From the NCBI GenBank assembly GCA_951406725.2, contig OX597819.1:28458001-28522000 (forward strand): a DNA stretch of 64,000 nucleotides. Reading direction: 5' to 3'. Source of the DNA: Octopus vulgaris. Its lineage: Eukaryota. This document shows positions 23,958 through 36,730 of the stretch, in pieces. The notes beneath the pieces were generated by a model. It saw only the letters and a program-made list of their open reading frames with translations. It was not told the origin of the DNA and did not search any database. Position numbers and translations under genes: made by a program. Position 1 is the stretch's first letter. Every line of letters starts with the position of its first letter.

Positions 23958-24939
23958 CATGCAGCATAGCTGTACATACTCAGGCATCGTACAGTCTGCC
24001 TTTCACTCTGAGCGAGAGGCCATTTGTTGCCAACAAACTTAGCTCATTGAACTTTACACAGCCGTTCTCATTCAAGCAACTACAGTTTTAGAGCATCCCC
24101 CTTCGCTACTAACTTGGTCACAGAAGCTATCTACTACCTCTTAGGATCCCTCTGGATATTTGTGGAAATCTGTTTCCTGTACATTCTTAGTGTTAATTGT
24201 ACCTGTGGAAGCACTCCGTCGGTTACGACGACGAGGGTTCCGGTTGATCCGATCAACGGAACAGCCTGCTCGTGAAATTAACGTGTAAGTGGCTGAGTAC
24301 TCCACAGACACATGTACCCTTAACGTAGTTCTTGAGGATATTCAGCGTGACACAGAGAGTGACAAGGCCGGCCCTTTGAAATTCAGGTACAACAGAAACA
24401 GGAAGTAAGAGTGAGAGAAAGTTGTGGTGAAAGAGTACAGCAGGGATCACCACCATCCCTGCCGGAGCCTCGTGGAGCTTTAGGTGTTTTTGCTCAATAA
24501 ACACTCACAACGCCCGGTCTGGGAATCGAAACCGCGAGTCCGCTGCCTTAGCCACTGGGCCATTGCGCCTCCCCTTAAATGTACCTACACACAAAGAGAC
24601 TACTTTCTCTGTTAATCTTCCTGTGATACCACTGTACCTCTATTGTGTCCAAAGTTTGCATTGGGTACACTATGGAATTTCTACCTACACCTTTTGTATG
24701 TATATAGCAGGGCAATCTCCTTGAAGGGATTAATATCTGTCTGCTTTCCAACTTACTAGGACTTTGGTCTTACCAAATTAATTAAGGCCTTTTGATTCCA
24801 AACCTTCCTTTCACACATGAAATTTCTTTTAATTCTAGTAGAGATTCAGCTATAAGAACATGGTCATCAGTGTAGAGAAGCTCTCAAAGGCAACCAGTCT
24901 TAAATTCCACTGTTATGACCTGGAGGATTATGATAAAGG

Positions 24940-25285
24940 ATGCCAACCCCGCCTCGAATGGCTTCTGTGCCGGTGGCACATAAAAAGCACCATCCAAACG
25001 TGGCCAATGCCAGCACTGCCTCGACTGGCTTCTGTGCCGGTGGCACATAAAAAGCACCAACCGATCGTGGCCAATACCAGACCCCTCTGGCACCTGTGCA
25101 GGTGGCACGTAAAAAGCACCCACTACACTCACGGAGTGGTTGGCGTTAGGAAGGGCATCCAGCTGTAGAAACACTGCCAGATCAGACTGGAGCCTGGAGC
25201 AGCCCCTGGCTCCCCTGACCCCGGTCGAACCGTCCAACCCGTGCTAGCGCGGAAAACGGACGTTAAACGATGATGATGATGATGA
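24940..25285 (+). mobile_element. RTE 3'-end copy; others at about 39660-39950(+), 40210-40875(-), 45230-45495(+), 46740-46940(-), 51785-51970(-), 60503-60765(-), 63740-64000(+)
   Basis: Shared ttaggaagggcatccagctgtagaaac...ccaacccatgctagcatgg...ttaaacgatgatgat tail. Confidence 0.9.
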
Positions 25286-26544
25286 ATGGGATGCTGAGAA
25301 ACGACCTTTGGTGGACTCTTGCCTATGCACTAAATTATTTGCTATACTCATCGCCAACTTTCACCTTACTGGCAGTATCCCTGTACATGGCTTGTATGGC
25401 TCTCACCATCCACTCATCTATCCCTAGCTTCTGCATTGACTGCTAGATAAGGGAGTCGAGGACCCTGTTAACGACTTTCTTCATGTTGACAAAAGCTAAG
25501 TACAGAGGCTTAGTTTTTGCTAAATGCTTCTCCTGCAAGTTGCCTGACTAGGAAGATAGCATCAGTAGCGCTTCTCTCTGGCACAAAACCAAACTACATC
25601 TCATTTAGACAAACTTTCTTCCTAATTAGTTGAGCTATGACCCTCTCTGTAACTTTCATGACCTGGTCCAGCAATTTGGTACCTATGTAATTATTCCTGT
25701 CTAAGGCATCATCTTTACCATTGTATCAGTCATTGGGTATAACTCCCTCATGGACAACCTGACTAGGCTATATCCCACTCTGCCAGTTATTTTAAGCATT
25801 CCAGTGGCAATTCCTGATGGGCCGGGGAGCTTTCCCTATCTTCACACACTCACACAGACAGGTTTCTTTCTATCAAATCCACTTATAAGGGTTTGGTTAA
25901 CATGGGGCTGTTGTTGAAGACACTTTCTCAAGGTGCCATGCTGTGGGACTGAATCCAAAACCATGTGATTGGAAAGTAAGTTTCTCTACCACACAACCAT
26001 GCCTGTACTGATTTGTTTATTATAAAAGATAATGAAAAATAATAGGGCTAATATGAAGCTAGTGGGTTAAAACTGCACACTCTAATTTTTTCACAGTGAA
26101 TGTATCAGCTGCTTTGGACATTTGGGCGGCAAGCTGGCAGAAATGTTAGCACACCGGGCGAAATACTTAGTGGCATTTTGTCTGCCGTTACGTTCTGAGT
26201 TCAAATTCTGTAGAGGTCGACTTTGCCTTTCATCCTTTCGGGGTTGATAAATTAAGTACCAGTCACACACTGGGGTCGATGTAATCGACTTAATCCATTT
26301 GTCTGTCCTTGTTTGTCCCGTCTATGTTTAGCCCCTTGTGGGCAAAAAAAAAAAGAAGTACCCTATACTCTTATAAAAGAAGGTACCATTGGGTGAAGTA
26401 GTTCTTTATGCAGGGTCCCTGGGAGAAAGACAAGGTAGTTTGAACTAGAAGTTTTTGACCATAGGTTTGTTTGATCATGATTGACCTGAGACTACACAAT
26501 AACAACAACGACACAGCACATTTATGAAAACATTAAAATATCTT

Positions 26545-26880
26545 TTATTTCAATAAATTTATTCGGTCTTCTGTAATTTCAAATAAATAAAAATTTTTAC
26601 TGGAGCATTTTGAAACTTGACAAGGATTTTCATTTGCAGCATTTTTCAGATTCCAGTTGAGGTATCGGTTCATTAGTAACATTTCAAGTATTGATTTGCA
26701 GGAAGTAGCAGCAGCCAGATGAAGTGGAGTCAAACCACCATTGGTCTGAGCATTGATGTCTGCTCCATTCTGTAATAATAAAAATGCTATGTCTATTTGA
26801 CTCCAGTGACATGCACAATGCAGTGGTTGCCAGCCGTCAATTGTGGAAGCATCGACTTTAGCATTTTTTGATAGCAGCAG
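26545..26880 (-). CDS. ANKRD49: ANKRD49 terminal exon, ankyrin repeats
   Basis: tttcag|LLLSKNAKVDASTIDGWQPLHCACHW...QNGADINAQTNGGLTPLHLAA...LEMLLMNRY...YLFEI followed by TAA; LLMNRY and YLFEI match recalled ANKRD49. Confidence 0.92.
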   Translation of the reverse strand: MLLSKNAKVDASTIDGWQPLHCACHWSQIDIAFLLLQNGADINAQTNGGLTPLHLAAATSCKSILEMLLMNRYLNWNLKNAANENPCQVSKCSSKNFYLFEITEDRINLLK

Positions 26881-29800
26881 CTGAAATAAGATGAAAGAGT
26901 TAATAATTATTTCTAATCTAGGTACAAGGCCTTGAAATTTTCTGGGGAAGGGGGTTAGTCGATTTTGTCGACCCCAGTGTGTAACTGGTACTTATTTCAC
27001 TAACCCCGAAAGGATGAAAGGCAAAGTCGACCACGGCAGAATTTGAACTCAGAACACAGCGGCAGAAGAAATACCTATTTCTTTACTACCCACAAGGGGC
27101 TAAACATAGAGGGGACAAACAAGGACAGACACACGGATTAAGTCGGTTATATTGACCCCAGTGCGTAACTGGTACTTAATTTATCGACCCCGAAAGGATG
27201 AAAGGTAAAGTCGACCACGGCAGAATTTGAACTCAGAACACAGCGGCAGAAGAAATATCGCTAAGCATTTCACCTGGCATACTAATGATTCTGCCAGCTC
27301 ACTGCTTTATTGGAAGAGTTAATAATGTAAAACAAAGTGACTGATTATGAAGTTTTTATGGAATTGAAATAGTTCTATATTCACTTCATGATAATAATAC
27401 AGGGCTATAGTAAAACATTTATAGCATACTGATTCTTTATATCAAATCTTGCCAACAACCATAGTAATACATTAGAATTAAATAATATATATTATCTTTA
27501 TTTTCTACTACTTTACCCCTTTAGCATTCAGATTTCTCTGTCAAAGGTAATGCTTATTTATTCACATTGATAAAAATTTGTCATGCATTACCTGGTAGCT
27601 TTGAGATTTCAATGACGTGATTGTTTATTTTTAGAATAATATTGTTTGGTAAGTGTGAGAGGCCAGATATGGCCAGTTTGAAGATAAGTCAGATTATTTT
27701 GGCCAGATATGGCTGGTTTAAATAAATATTCCAAGTGATACTATTGGTTTGCTACTTAAGCCCATTTGTCCCTATGAAGTACAGGCCATTGATGGCTTTT
27801 TCCCCACTGTTCTCAACTCTGGGCTGCCTTACCTTTCATAGGTTTTGATGCTGAATTGCCATCAGCACTTCTGTAACTTTACTTTTTCTAGGTAGGGGGA
27901 ATGGCCCAGTGCAAACCCATTTTTATTGCTGGGAAGAAGGAGTTCATATTAGTCTAGTCTCTATCCTTTGGCCTGCTCAGCATGGTGGTGGTGGTGTACC
28001 AAGAGCTCGTGCTCTGCTGGCATAGCTCTCACAGTCACTGAGACACCCAAGCCACCAAACTAAAACAAAGACTGGACTTCAGTGGGTATTATTGATTTGC
28101 TCTGCTATTAATTTCAGAGTTAAATATTGGTTTTTAAAACTCAACTTTGTAAAACTAAGGTAATAGTATTTGCTGTTACGAAAACCTGCAACAGAAATGA
28201 ATTTAATAATACAGCTATCTCAATGGTAAAACTAATATCTAAGAGACAACTAAACAATGTTATTAAGAGAAATCTCAGAATAATTCTGGAATGACCAGCC
28301 AACTCTATATAGCAAATTTTCTTACTCTTCTAGTATACTAGTGGAATATGTCCAATTGTGAAAAATTTCCTAAATGTTTTGGTGTGAAAATCAGATATCC
28401 AGAGCTGGCACTCTCAATTGAGTATAACTTAGTAGCATGAACCATGCTCTCAGTAATTACTTTTGGTGTCTATGCAACATTGCATTGACAGACACCCTCT
28501 TTACTTTCCCACCCTTAACTTGGAAGAACATCCATGATGTGATGGTTGGAAAGAGAGAAGGTTGCACCAGCAGTTGATTGTCAGGTGAGTAGACTACAGC
28601 AATGAAAAATGATATGCTTTGCTCAAGGACAGAAACACAGTGTGTGAACCTAATGATCAAATGCTTGACACCCTAACAACTGAGCTCATGTGCCTTATTC
28701 CTGAGTAGAATAAAATGAAGAGTATTTCAGAAATATGTGAGAATCTTTTATTGTTTTTCTTTGGTTAGCAAGATACGAAAATAACACTTTTAAATTTAAG
28801 ATTTCAGAGATAAAAAAAAAAAAGATGTTGGATGCTGGGATAGTTTGATGAAATTTTGGATGAATGCAACAAAAGTAGTAAAAGTTAGTGCCATCTATGT
28901 ACTTGGCAGATTGGTGATAAAAGAATCAGTATATTGCTGTACAATAAAGTAGACAAACAGAAATAAAAAGATATAATTACTAAGGGAAAGTATCAAGTCA
29001 TGCCATTTGCACAAAAAAAAAAAAAATAATAAAAGTCAAATCAGATCCAACATATTTAAGTTCAATAATTAATATTATTTTAATCTGATCTTGGCAAGAG
29101 CAACAACTCTAAATATGACTAATTTGGTAAAGAGAAGTCTACACTTTACAAGGGAGATCTAATAATACCAAAACATATGAGAACCCCTTTCTTGGTGTAC
29201 AGAGAGTAAAATTAGTAAAAAAACCCAATTCTAAGTTATCTCTTTAATATATTAAGCTTTGTGACACTAACAGAAAATTTTGCCATGATTTTAAATCAGC
29301 TTTCCGTGCTTGTATGGCTCAGATGGGTCATTGCCCTGTGTCAGTTCTTATTCAGAGTTACTGCCCTTCTAGATGGGGTTGGCAGACCGTATCTTTCTCA
29401 TGGTGTCAATATTTGTCATGGATTCTATGGCTGCATGTCCTTCCTTACACCAACTACTTTACAGAGTGCATTTTATCATGGCACCAGAATGTGAGAAGTT
29501 GTCATGCCCTTAATAAAACTAAAGAGTTCTCTTGATATTTTCTCTGTTCACTGACCAATTTACAGGGTTATACTAGGTACACTTTATCATGACACCAGCT
29601 CCTGAGCAAACTATAAAAAGATTCTTTTAACATTATGTTGTCTCTACTTGTTCACTATTCACTTTACGGATTATACAGGTTGCATTATATTATGGGACCA
29701 ACAATAGTGAGGATGCTCTCTACCCTGTAGGGTTAGAGAGTTCTCACTGCTCTATGATGTCTGTTAACACAATTTTGGATATTAAAACATTTTGTAAAAT

Positions 29801-29965
29801 AAGCAACAAAAGAAAAAAATCCTGCAATAAAAGTTATTTATAAATCAGTAAGAAACCCTTATTTAGCTCATTCAGAAATTGATTAGATGTAATATTAGTG
29901 AACTAACAGTTACTAAGTGCATCGTTAGCAAAAACAATTATTGATATGATTTAAAACATGATTAC

Positions 29966-30126
29966 CTTGACAATTTCAACATGACCACTGTAAACTGACC
30001 GATGTAGAGGGGTATAATTGTCAGCATCTGTAGCATTGAGCAATTTGGGATCTCTTTCTAAAAGTTTCTCTACAATGTCATACCTGCCCTTTTCAGAAGC
30101 ACGCAGTATATATGCATTCATATCAT
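29966..30126 (-). CDS. ANKRD49: ANKRD49 ankyrin-repeat exon
   Basis: caacag|...|gtaatc; ILRASEKGRYDIVEKLLERDPKLLNATDADNYTPLHRSVYSGHVEIVK. Confidence 0.9.
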
Positions 30127-31116
30127 CTGTTGTAAATAATGTAAAAAGACATGTGGTAAATCAATTGAAATAAATAAGTGGAAGAATATATAATTTCTAC
30201 CAAAAGATTTTTAAGTACACAATGGCAACAAGCAGAGTTGAATTAAAAGAATTAATATCTCAATGTACCATGCTTGCTGGTTCAAGTTAAGAAACAATTG
30301 TAAAGCATTAATAAGAAATGATATATCCTAACAGAGAATAAAGGATACTGTCAAGAGAATTTGGGATAAGATAAAAATATAAAATTTGAAATCTGGAAAA
30401 ACAACAACTTCATCTATAAAGCAGAATTTGTAACAGAAAATAAGGAAGAAGACACAAATAGTATATTTTCTAAAAATTTGCTGGACCAACAGTTTAATAA
30501 TCAGAACAGCTACTCAAACAAATAGTTATATTTTTTTATATTTTATATTTTACTTGTTTCAGTCATTTGACTGCGGCCATGCTGGAGCACCACCTTTAGT
30601 CGAGCAAATTGACCCCGGGACTTATTCTTTGTAAGCCCAGTACTTATTCTATCGGTCTCTTTTTTGCCGAACCGCTAAGTAACGGGGACGTAAACACACC
30701 AGCATCGGTTGTCAATGCTAGGGGGGACAAACACAGACACACAAACACACACATACATATACACATATATACGACATGCTTCTTTCAGTTTCCGTCTACC
30801 AAATCCACTCACAAGGCTTTGGTCGGCCCGAGGCTATAGTAGAAGACACTTGCCCAAGGTGCCACGCAGTGGGACTGAACCCGGAACCATGCGGTTGGTA
30901 AACAAGCTACTTACCACACAGACACACCAAAATAATTTTGAATATGATGTGAAGTAAGAAAATAAACCTTATGAAATGGCTTCCATTGATACAAGACATG
31001 ATTATTTCCTTGTTGCAAATGAAATAACTTTAAAAAAAATTGTTTTTATTTATTTATTAAAGATTAATTATTCTTAGGAAATAGTTTGAATTTTTCAAAT
31101 GACATTTTCTCAATAC

Positions 31117-31242
31117 CTTTTAGACTGGAATGTTTGGAAGAAGTATTACCATCCATATCACCTTCAGTCTTACTACCATCATCTTTATTTTGAGAATTTA
31201 AGGTTTCTTCTACCCCTGTTTCATCTTCTAGAGCTGTTGTAT
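31117..31242 (-). CDS. ANKRD49: ANKRD49 acidic N-terminal exon
   Basis: taacag|...|gtattg; 126 nt, phase 1-1; DTTALEDETGVEETLNSQNKDDG... Confidence 0.7.
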
Positions 31243-32955
31243 CTGTTAATAAAATAGGGAACAATTTTATTACTGAATATATTATACAAAAACATCAGAA
31301 ATAACAAAAAACTGACCATCTCAAAATAGCTTCAGTTCACAAATATATCAGTCGCTTGGAAAAACAGAAATGGCACAAAATACTGTTCAGCAAGATGCTA
31401 AAAATAAATCACTATTTTGAAATTTTTATTTTTTTTTCCTAATGCTTTGTCATGAAGGAAAGGGCAGTGCCCATAATCCTAAATATATAAAGAGCCTCTG
31501 AAACTGGTGGGGAAAGGGAGCATATTATTCTCAAACCAGAGATCTGGACCACGTGTTTGTACTAAGTGAACTCTGCTAAAGGTATCGAGCTAGACAGAGA
31601 ATTAAGTCTACCACTCACTAACTCCGGTTGATAAGAGCCAGAACAAATGCTGCAAGTCATCTTGTCTAAAACTCTAACAATTTTACCAGTCCACTGTTTT
31701 GGATTGGTACTTTTTCATTGACCTCATAAAATAATGAAAGCTAAAGGTGAATTCAGTGGGGTTTGAACTCAGAGTACAATAAGCCAGACCAAATATCGCA
31801 GGGCATTTTGTCCTACATTCTAGCAACTTTACTAATTTACTGTTAATTAGAGTAACATACTCTTAGAAAGACATTTCAGAATGAAAGAGGTTTCTTTTCT
31901 TCTTTAATTATTTTCTCACAGAAGGAGAGAAGTGGCTTTGTGGTAAGTAGCTTGCCTACCAACCACATGGTTCCGGGTTCAGTCCCACTGCGTGGCATCT
32001 TGGGCAAGTGTCTTCTGCTACAGCCCCGGGCCGACCAATGCCTTGTGAGTGGATTTGGTAGACGGAAACTGATAGAAGCCTGTCGTATATATGTATATAT
32101 ATATGTGTTTGTGTGTCTGTGTTTGTCCCCCTAGCATTGCTTGACAACCGATGCTGGTGTGTTTACGTCCCCGTCACTTAGCGGTTCGGCAAAAAGAGTC
32201 CGATAGAATAAGTACTAGGCTTACAAAGAATAAGTCCCGGGGTCGATTTGATCGAATAAAGGCGGTGCTCCAGCATGGCCACAGTCAAATGACTGAAACA
32301 AGTAAAAGAGTAAAAGAGAGTAAAGAGAGTAGAAGTATTGTTTGTTCCTTCTCGAGCCATGCCTGGCTCATAAGGGCCGGTTTCCTGGTTTCCTTGGTAT
32401 ATAAGTTCCCCACCTGGATGGGATGCCGGTCCGTCACAGGTGAGCTGCAAGATGCAGGAGGACAGAGTGAGAGAAAGTTGTGGCGAAAGAGTCAGCAGAA
32501 GTTCGCCATTACCTTCTGCTGGAGCTGCGTGGAGCTTAGGTGTTTTTGCTCATAAACACACACAATTCCCGGTCTGAGATTTGAATCCGCAATCCCTCGA
32601 CCGCTGCTCTAACCACTAGGCCATGTGCCTCCACTCACAGAAGTATAGTGACTTAAAAAATATTGTTGTTAGATATGAAGTTTACAACTATTGTTTCTAA
32701 TATAGGCACAATTTGTAGGGAAGGGGTTAGCTGATTACATTGACTTCAGTATTTGACTGGTACTATTGTAATGATTCCTGATGGATGAAAGGCAAAGTTG
32801 ACCACAACAACATTTGAACTCAGAAAATAAAGAAGAAGCACAAGAGTAGCATTTTTGGCTGTGAATTTAAGGTAGTAGTCTATTACTGATATATCATGTT
32901 ATGAGTTCAAACCTTCCTACACCTAACGTATTGAGTCTTTAGTAGTAGAAACTAT

Positions 32956-33371
32956 GGATCTTTTCGGTTTGAACGGCAGTTTTTAACGTAATTTCTAGGT
33001 AACTAAAAAATTTTAAACTTCATATACTGGTAGAAAGTGTTTATAAAACATCTTTTTCTCTTGGCTTTATTGAGAAAATTCTATAGTTTGTTAAATATTT
33101 GTTGTTTTTTTCTTCAATTTCTGCAATTTCAACCAATCGCGGATGTCCATTGAGGTAAAAAAAAAAACATTCTGTGCTGTATGAACATGTCCTTCGTTTA
33201 AGAAACAGATTGGGTTTATTTACATTTGTGAAGAAAAAAAGATACCCGTCTCCCCACCCCTAATCCTAAAACAGATTGAAATGCAATAGATCGATACTAG
33301 GGTCATAATTATGGGTGACAATTTCATATGACACTGCTAGAAAAAAACTGCCGTTCAAACCGAAAAGATCC
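32956..33371. mobile_element. Merlin-like MITE, copy 2
   Basis: Same TIRs; 8-bp TSD GAAACTAT. Confidence 0.9.
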
Positions 33372-33574
33372 GAAACTATTGTCAGTCAAAGTAAATTTGG
33401 ACATGTCTGACTGATGTGATCTACTTTACACTTGAGTAAGTTGTGTTAGTAAGGAAATAATTTGCTCTAACTGTATGCATAATGTGTCAATGGCATGGAT
33501 TTGTTTAAGGTGGACCTCAACTTGCCAGGAAGTGACCCACACACAGTTCAAATTAAATAACACTTTGATCATAC

Positions 33575-33677
33575 CTTCCAGATTGCAGTTATTGGTAAAA
33601 ATATTATCATTACTACTGCCTTTGTTCTTATTACCATCATCACTTTCATGACATTTTGAAGTTTGGTCAGCCTCCAT
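33575..33677 (-). CDS. ANKRD49: ANKRD49 probable first coding exon
   Basis: Acceptor ttttag at 33684-85, ATG at 33677, donor GTATGA; MEADQTSKCHESDDG...; phase fits the next exon, but the sequence is low-complexity and not recognisable by homology. Confidence 0.65.
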
Positions 33678-33732
33678 TTTCCTCTAAAACAGAAAATGTT
33701 AATAAGAAGTTATGAAAGAATTTATTAGAGAA

Positions 33733-34119
33733 CTAGCAGTATCGCCTGGCGTTGCTCGGGTTTGTAAGGGAAATAACTATACAAGCATTTTTAGAGAGTT
33801 ATAGCCAAAAAATAGCATTAAAAATGGGAAAAAAATGATGGTAAATTTTTTTTTAAATCGTTGACTCATCGTAGACATTTTTAGAGAGTTACTTCCCTTA
33901 TATAATAGCGAAAAAATGCATTAAAATGGAAAAAAATGATGGTAAATTTTTTTTAAATCGTAGACTCATCGTAGATGCGCGCTAATACCCAGAAGGGCTC
34001 GATATGAATCCCAACTATAAGATACCCAGTTTTGGTTAAACTGCACCGCAAAATGTGGGAGTAGTTAGGAATCTAAATCGTAGGAGACAGACACACAACT
34101 TCACTTTTATATATAAAGA
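33733..34119 (-). mobile_element. non-autonomous Helitron, same family
   Basis: Reverse-complement TC...hairpin...CTAG termini; homologous to 40990-41385. Confidence 0.88.
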
Positions 34120-35630
34120 TATAATCTCATACATCAGTCACTTTTCAATTCTAAGGACTTTCATCCAACCATCCATTCATCCATCTTCTCAGTTCACTAG
34201 TCCTGGAAGGGTTGTGTCTTCAGACACCTCCTCCATAAGGTTCAATCAGAAGCAACTGCCATTAGAGTTTCTGCCTGGATTCCCAAGCGTGACCTACTGA
34301 GACTATGGATATTATCCAACCATCTCATTCTTGGTCTATTTCAAAGTCTCCTGCTGGGTGGCTTGGCTTGAAGAATCTGTCTTGTGATTCTTTCCAGCAA
34401 CATTCTAATCACATGTCTGCAGTACAGGAGATGTGACCTCTCAATGTGGAAAAGTAGCAGCTCAACTTCACTTCTTCTTCCACCTATGCCATTCATACCG
34501 AAAAGGTCCTAAAATTGGTTAAAATTAGATTCTAGAAAAAAACATTTGACACGGCCAAAGACCTGAGTAGGAATTTTAAATTGAAACATACTCGGTGCCC
34601 CAGCATGACCGCAGCTTTGAAGCTGAAACATTTCAAAGAAATTTAAAGAAATTAAAGACCAATTCACCATGTTACGTTTTCAGTAATCAATTCGGTTAAT
34701 GTTTACAATATTACCTGGAAACATTAACCATTAATTCCTTTTATTGACAAAAAAATACAAGTAGGATCTTTTTTGCAGTGCTGTACTAGTTACTATGTTG
34801 GTTGTTTCAACATGTGGTACATATGTTTCTTTATTAGCCACACAGTGCTGCACACAGACAGAACAGATTACAAAGTAGAGCTTTTCTTTTTTGGGAAAAG
34901 AAAAAAAAAAGGTGGGGTAGTTTTTCGATCAAAAGGGATCGTAAAAGGGAAAGAAGAAGAAAAAAAAAAGAAAAAAGGAAAAGAAACAAAAGAAAAAAAC
35001 GATCAATAGGCGATCGTGTATCACAGTGTCATGATGTAAGGTGTAAAGGGGGAAGCAGAGAAGGTTTATCCGTGGGAAGAAAAGCCTACGGAAAAGACCA
35101 CGGTAACCTCGGTCAATATTGATACATATGGCTTCTAGCTACATGCGAGTTCAGTTACCTTGATGGCTAATATGGACAGAAAACGGCAACATTTACCGGG
35201 GTGCAGCGACCCAACAGATAGTACTGTTGAATCGATAAAAAAAACAAAAAGCAAGCATAACAATACTATACATACTGTATGACTGTGCTATGGACAAGAT
35301 GGATAAAGATTGCCTTTAAATAAAACGTGGTTAGATAGATGCAGACCCTCTCCTTTCACCATGTCTTTGATATTCTAACGGGTCAGAAAGCTCCTGGTCT
35401 TCGCTCGCGACTACGTAGGCATCTAAAAGAGGAGCGAAGCTATGGTAAACTACAAGGAAAGGTCTTCAACTACCAAGTCATACACGACTACTATTGACAG
35501 TTGAGAAAGTAAAAAGGAACATAAAACGAAGTTTCTAGTGTAACCGATTAAATTTTACCTGTAATCAATTTCCTAAGATTTAAATATATTCTAGTTTTAA
35601 TCATTTATTCAATTTACAACTAGGATACTT

Positions 35631-36050
35631 GGATCTTTTCGGTTTGAACGGCAGTTTTTTAAGGCAGTGTCATATGAAACTGTCACCCATAATTATGACC
35701 CTAGTATCGATCTATTGCATTTCAATCTGTTTTAGGGTCAGGGTTAGAGGTGGGGGGAAGGGTATCTTTTTTTCTTCACAAATGTAAATAAACCCAATCT
35801 GTTTCTTAAACGAGGGACATATTCATACGGCACAGAATGTTTTTTTTTACCTCAATAGACGTCAGTGATTGGTTGAAATTGCAGAAATTGAAGGAAAACA
35901 ACAACAAATATCTTACAAACTATAGAATTTTCTCAATAAAGCCAAGAGAAAAAGATGTTTTATAAACACATTCTACCAGTATACGAAGTTTAAAATTTTT
36001 TAGTTACCTAGAAATTATGTTAAAAACTGCCGTTCAAACCGAAAAGATCC
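35631..36050. mobile_element. Merlin-like MITE, copy 3 (opposite orientation)
   Basis: Same TIRs; 8-bp TSD GGATACTT. Confidence 0.9.
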
Positions 36051-36713
36051 GGATACTTTAAAAGTACATTAAAATCGAACCCAGAAAGAAGATAGGCAAA
36101 GTAGTCAGAACGTAATTCTACCGGTATTTTTGTCTGGACAATTCATTCAATCTTTTGTTGCCATCATATAAGTTTCATGAATTACAAGATATTGAAATAA
36201 AACAATAAGCGTTTAATGGTTTATTGTAAATGAAAGTAGAATAACATATTTTGGTTGACAAGAAAAATTATTAACAGTGACCTTACATTTTAAATTTCTT
36301 ACTTCTGTTTAGCGTGGAGCATTATCCAACCACAACAATATACAAAGTTGTGTTATGGAAACACCGTCAATTGAAAGCTACAAAATTAGTCTGGAGCATT
36401 TGGCGAAAAGAGAAAGTAAAATTTATGCATTTAAAACTAATCTTTAGTATTTAATTCGTACTATATATTAACATTTATATATTTATTGTTTTTGATTAAT
36501 AAATATCTTGTTTATTTTAAAGAAAATATAGTTTTATTTGATTATCTCGTTTCGTATTAGTAAAGTATACTTTTGTATAAAACAGCTAAAATTCTCTTAC
36601 GGAAGCTATTTTTCTCTATTATAAATTATGATTGAATTATAAAAATATGAAGAATATTTGATGTGTTTAATAAGATACTTTCGGATATATAAAATTTAGT
36701 GAATACATTCAAT

Positions 36714-36730
36714 ATGAAACAAAATATATG
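36714..36730 (+). CDS. PIGA: PIGA first coding segment (MKQNIC)
   Basis: ATG AAA CAA AAT ATA TG|gtaagt joins the next exon to give the conserved NICMVSDFF. Confidence 0.85.

Larger units (their letters stand above)
23260..25845 (-). mobile_element. older RTE LINE fragment with nested insertions
   Basis: WYGHV...GRPRKTWDEVV ORF 23268-23531; decayed RT at 23960-25840. Confidence 0.85.

Noticed and set aside
24960-25125. Palindromic repeats with variable spacers resembling a CRISPR array
   Set aside because: They lie in the 3' UTR of a eukaryotic LINE, the spacers are related to one another, and there are no cas genes.
26544-26549. AATAAA overlapping the ANKRD49 stop codon
   Set aside because: The hexamer is common in this AT-rich DNA and cannot be supported without 3'-end data.
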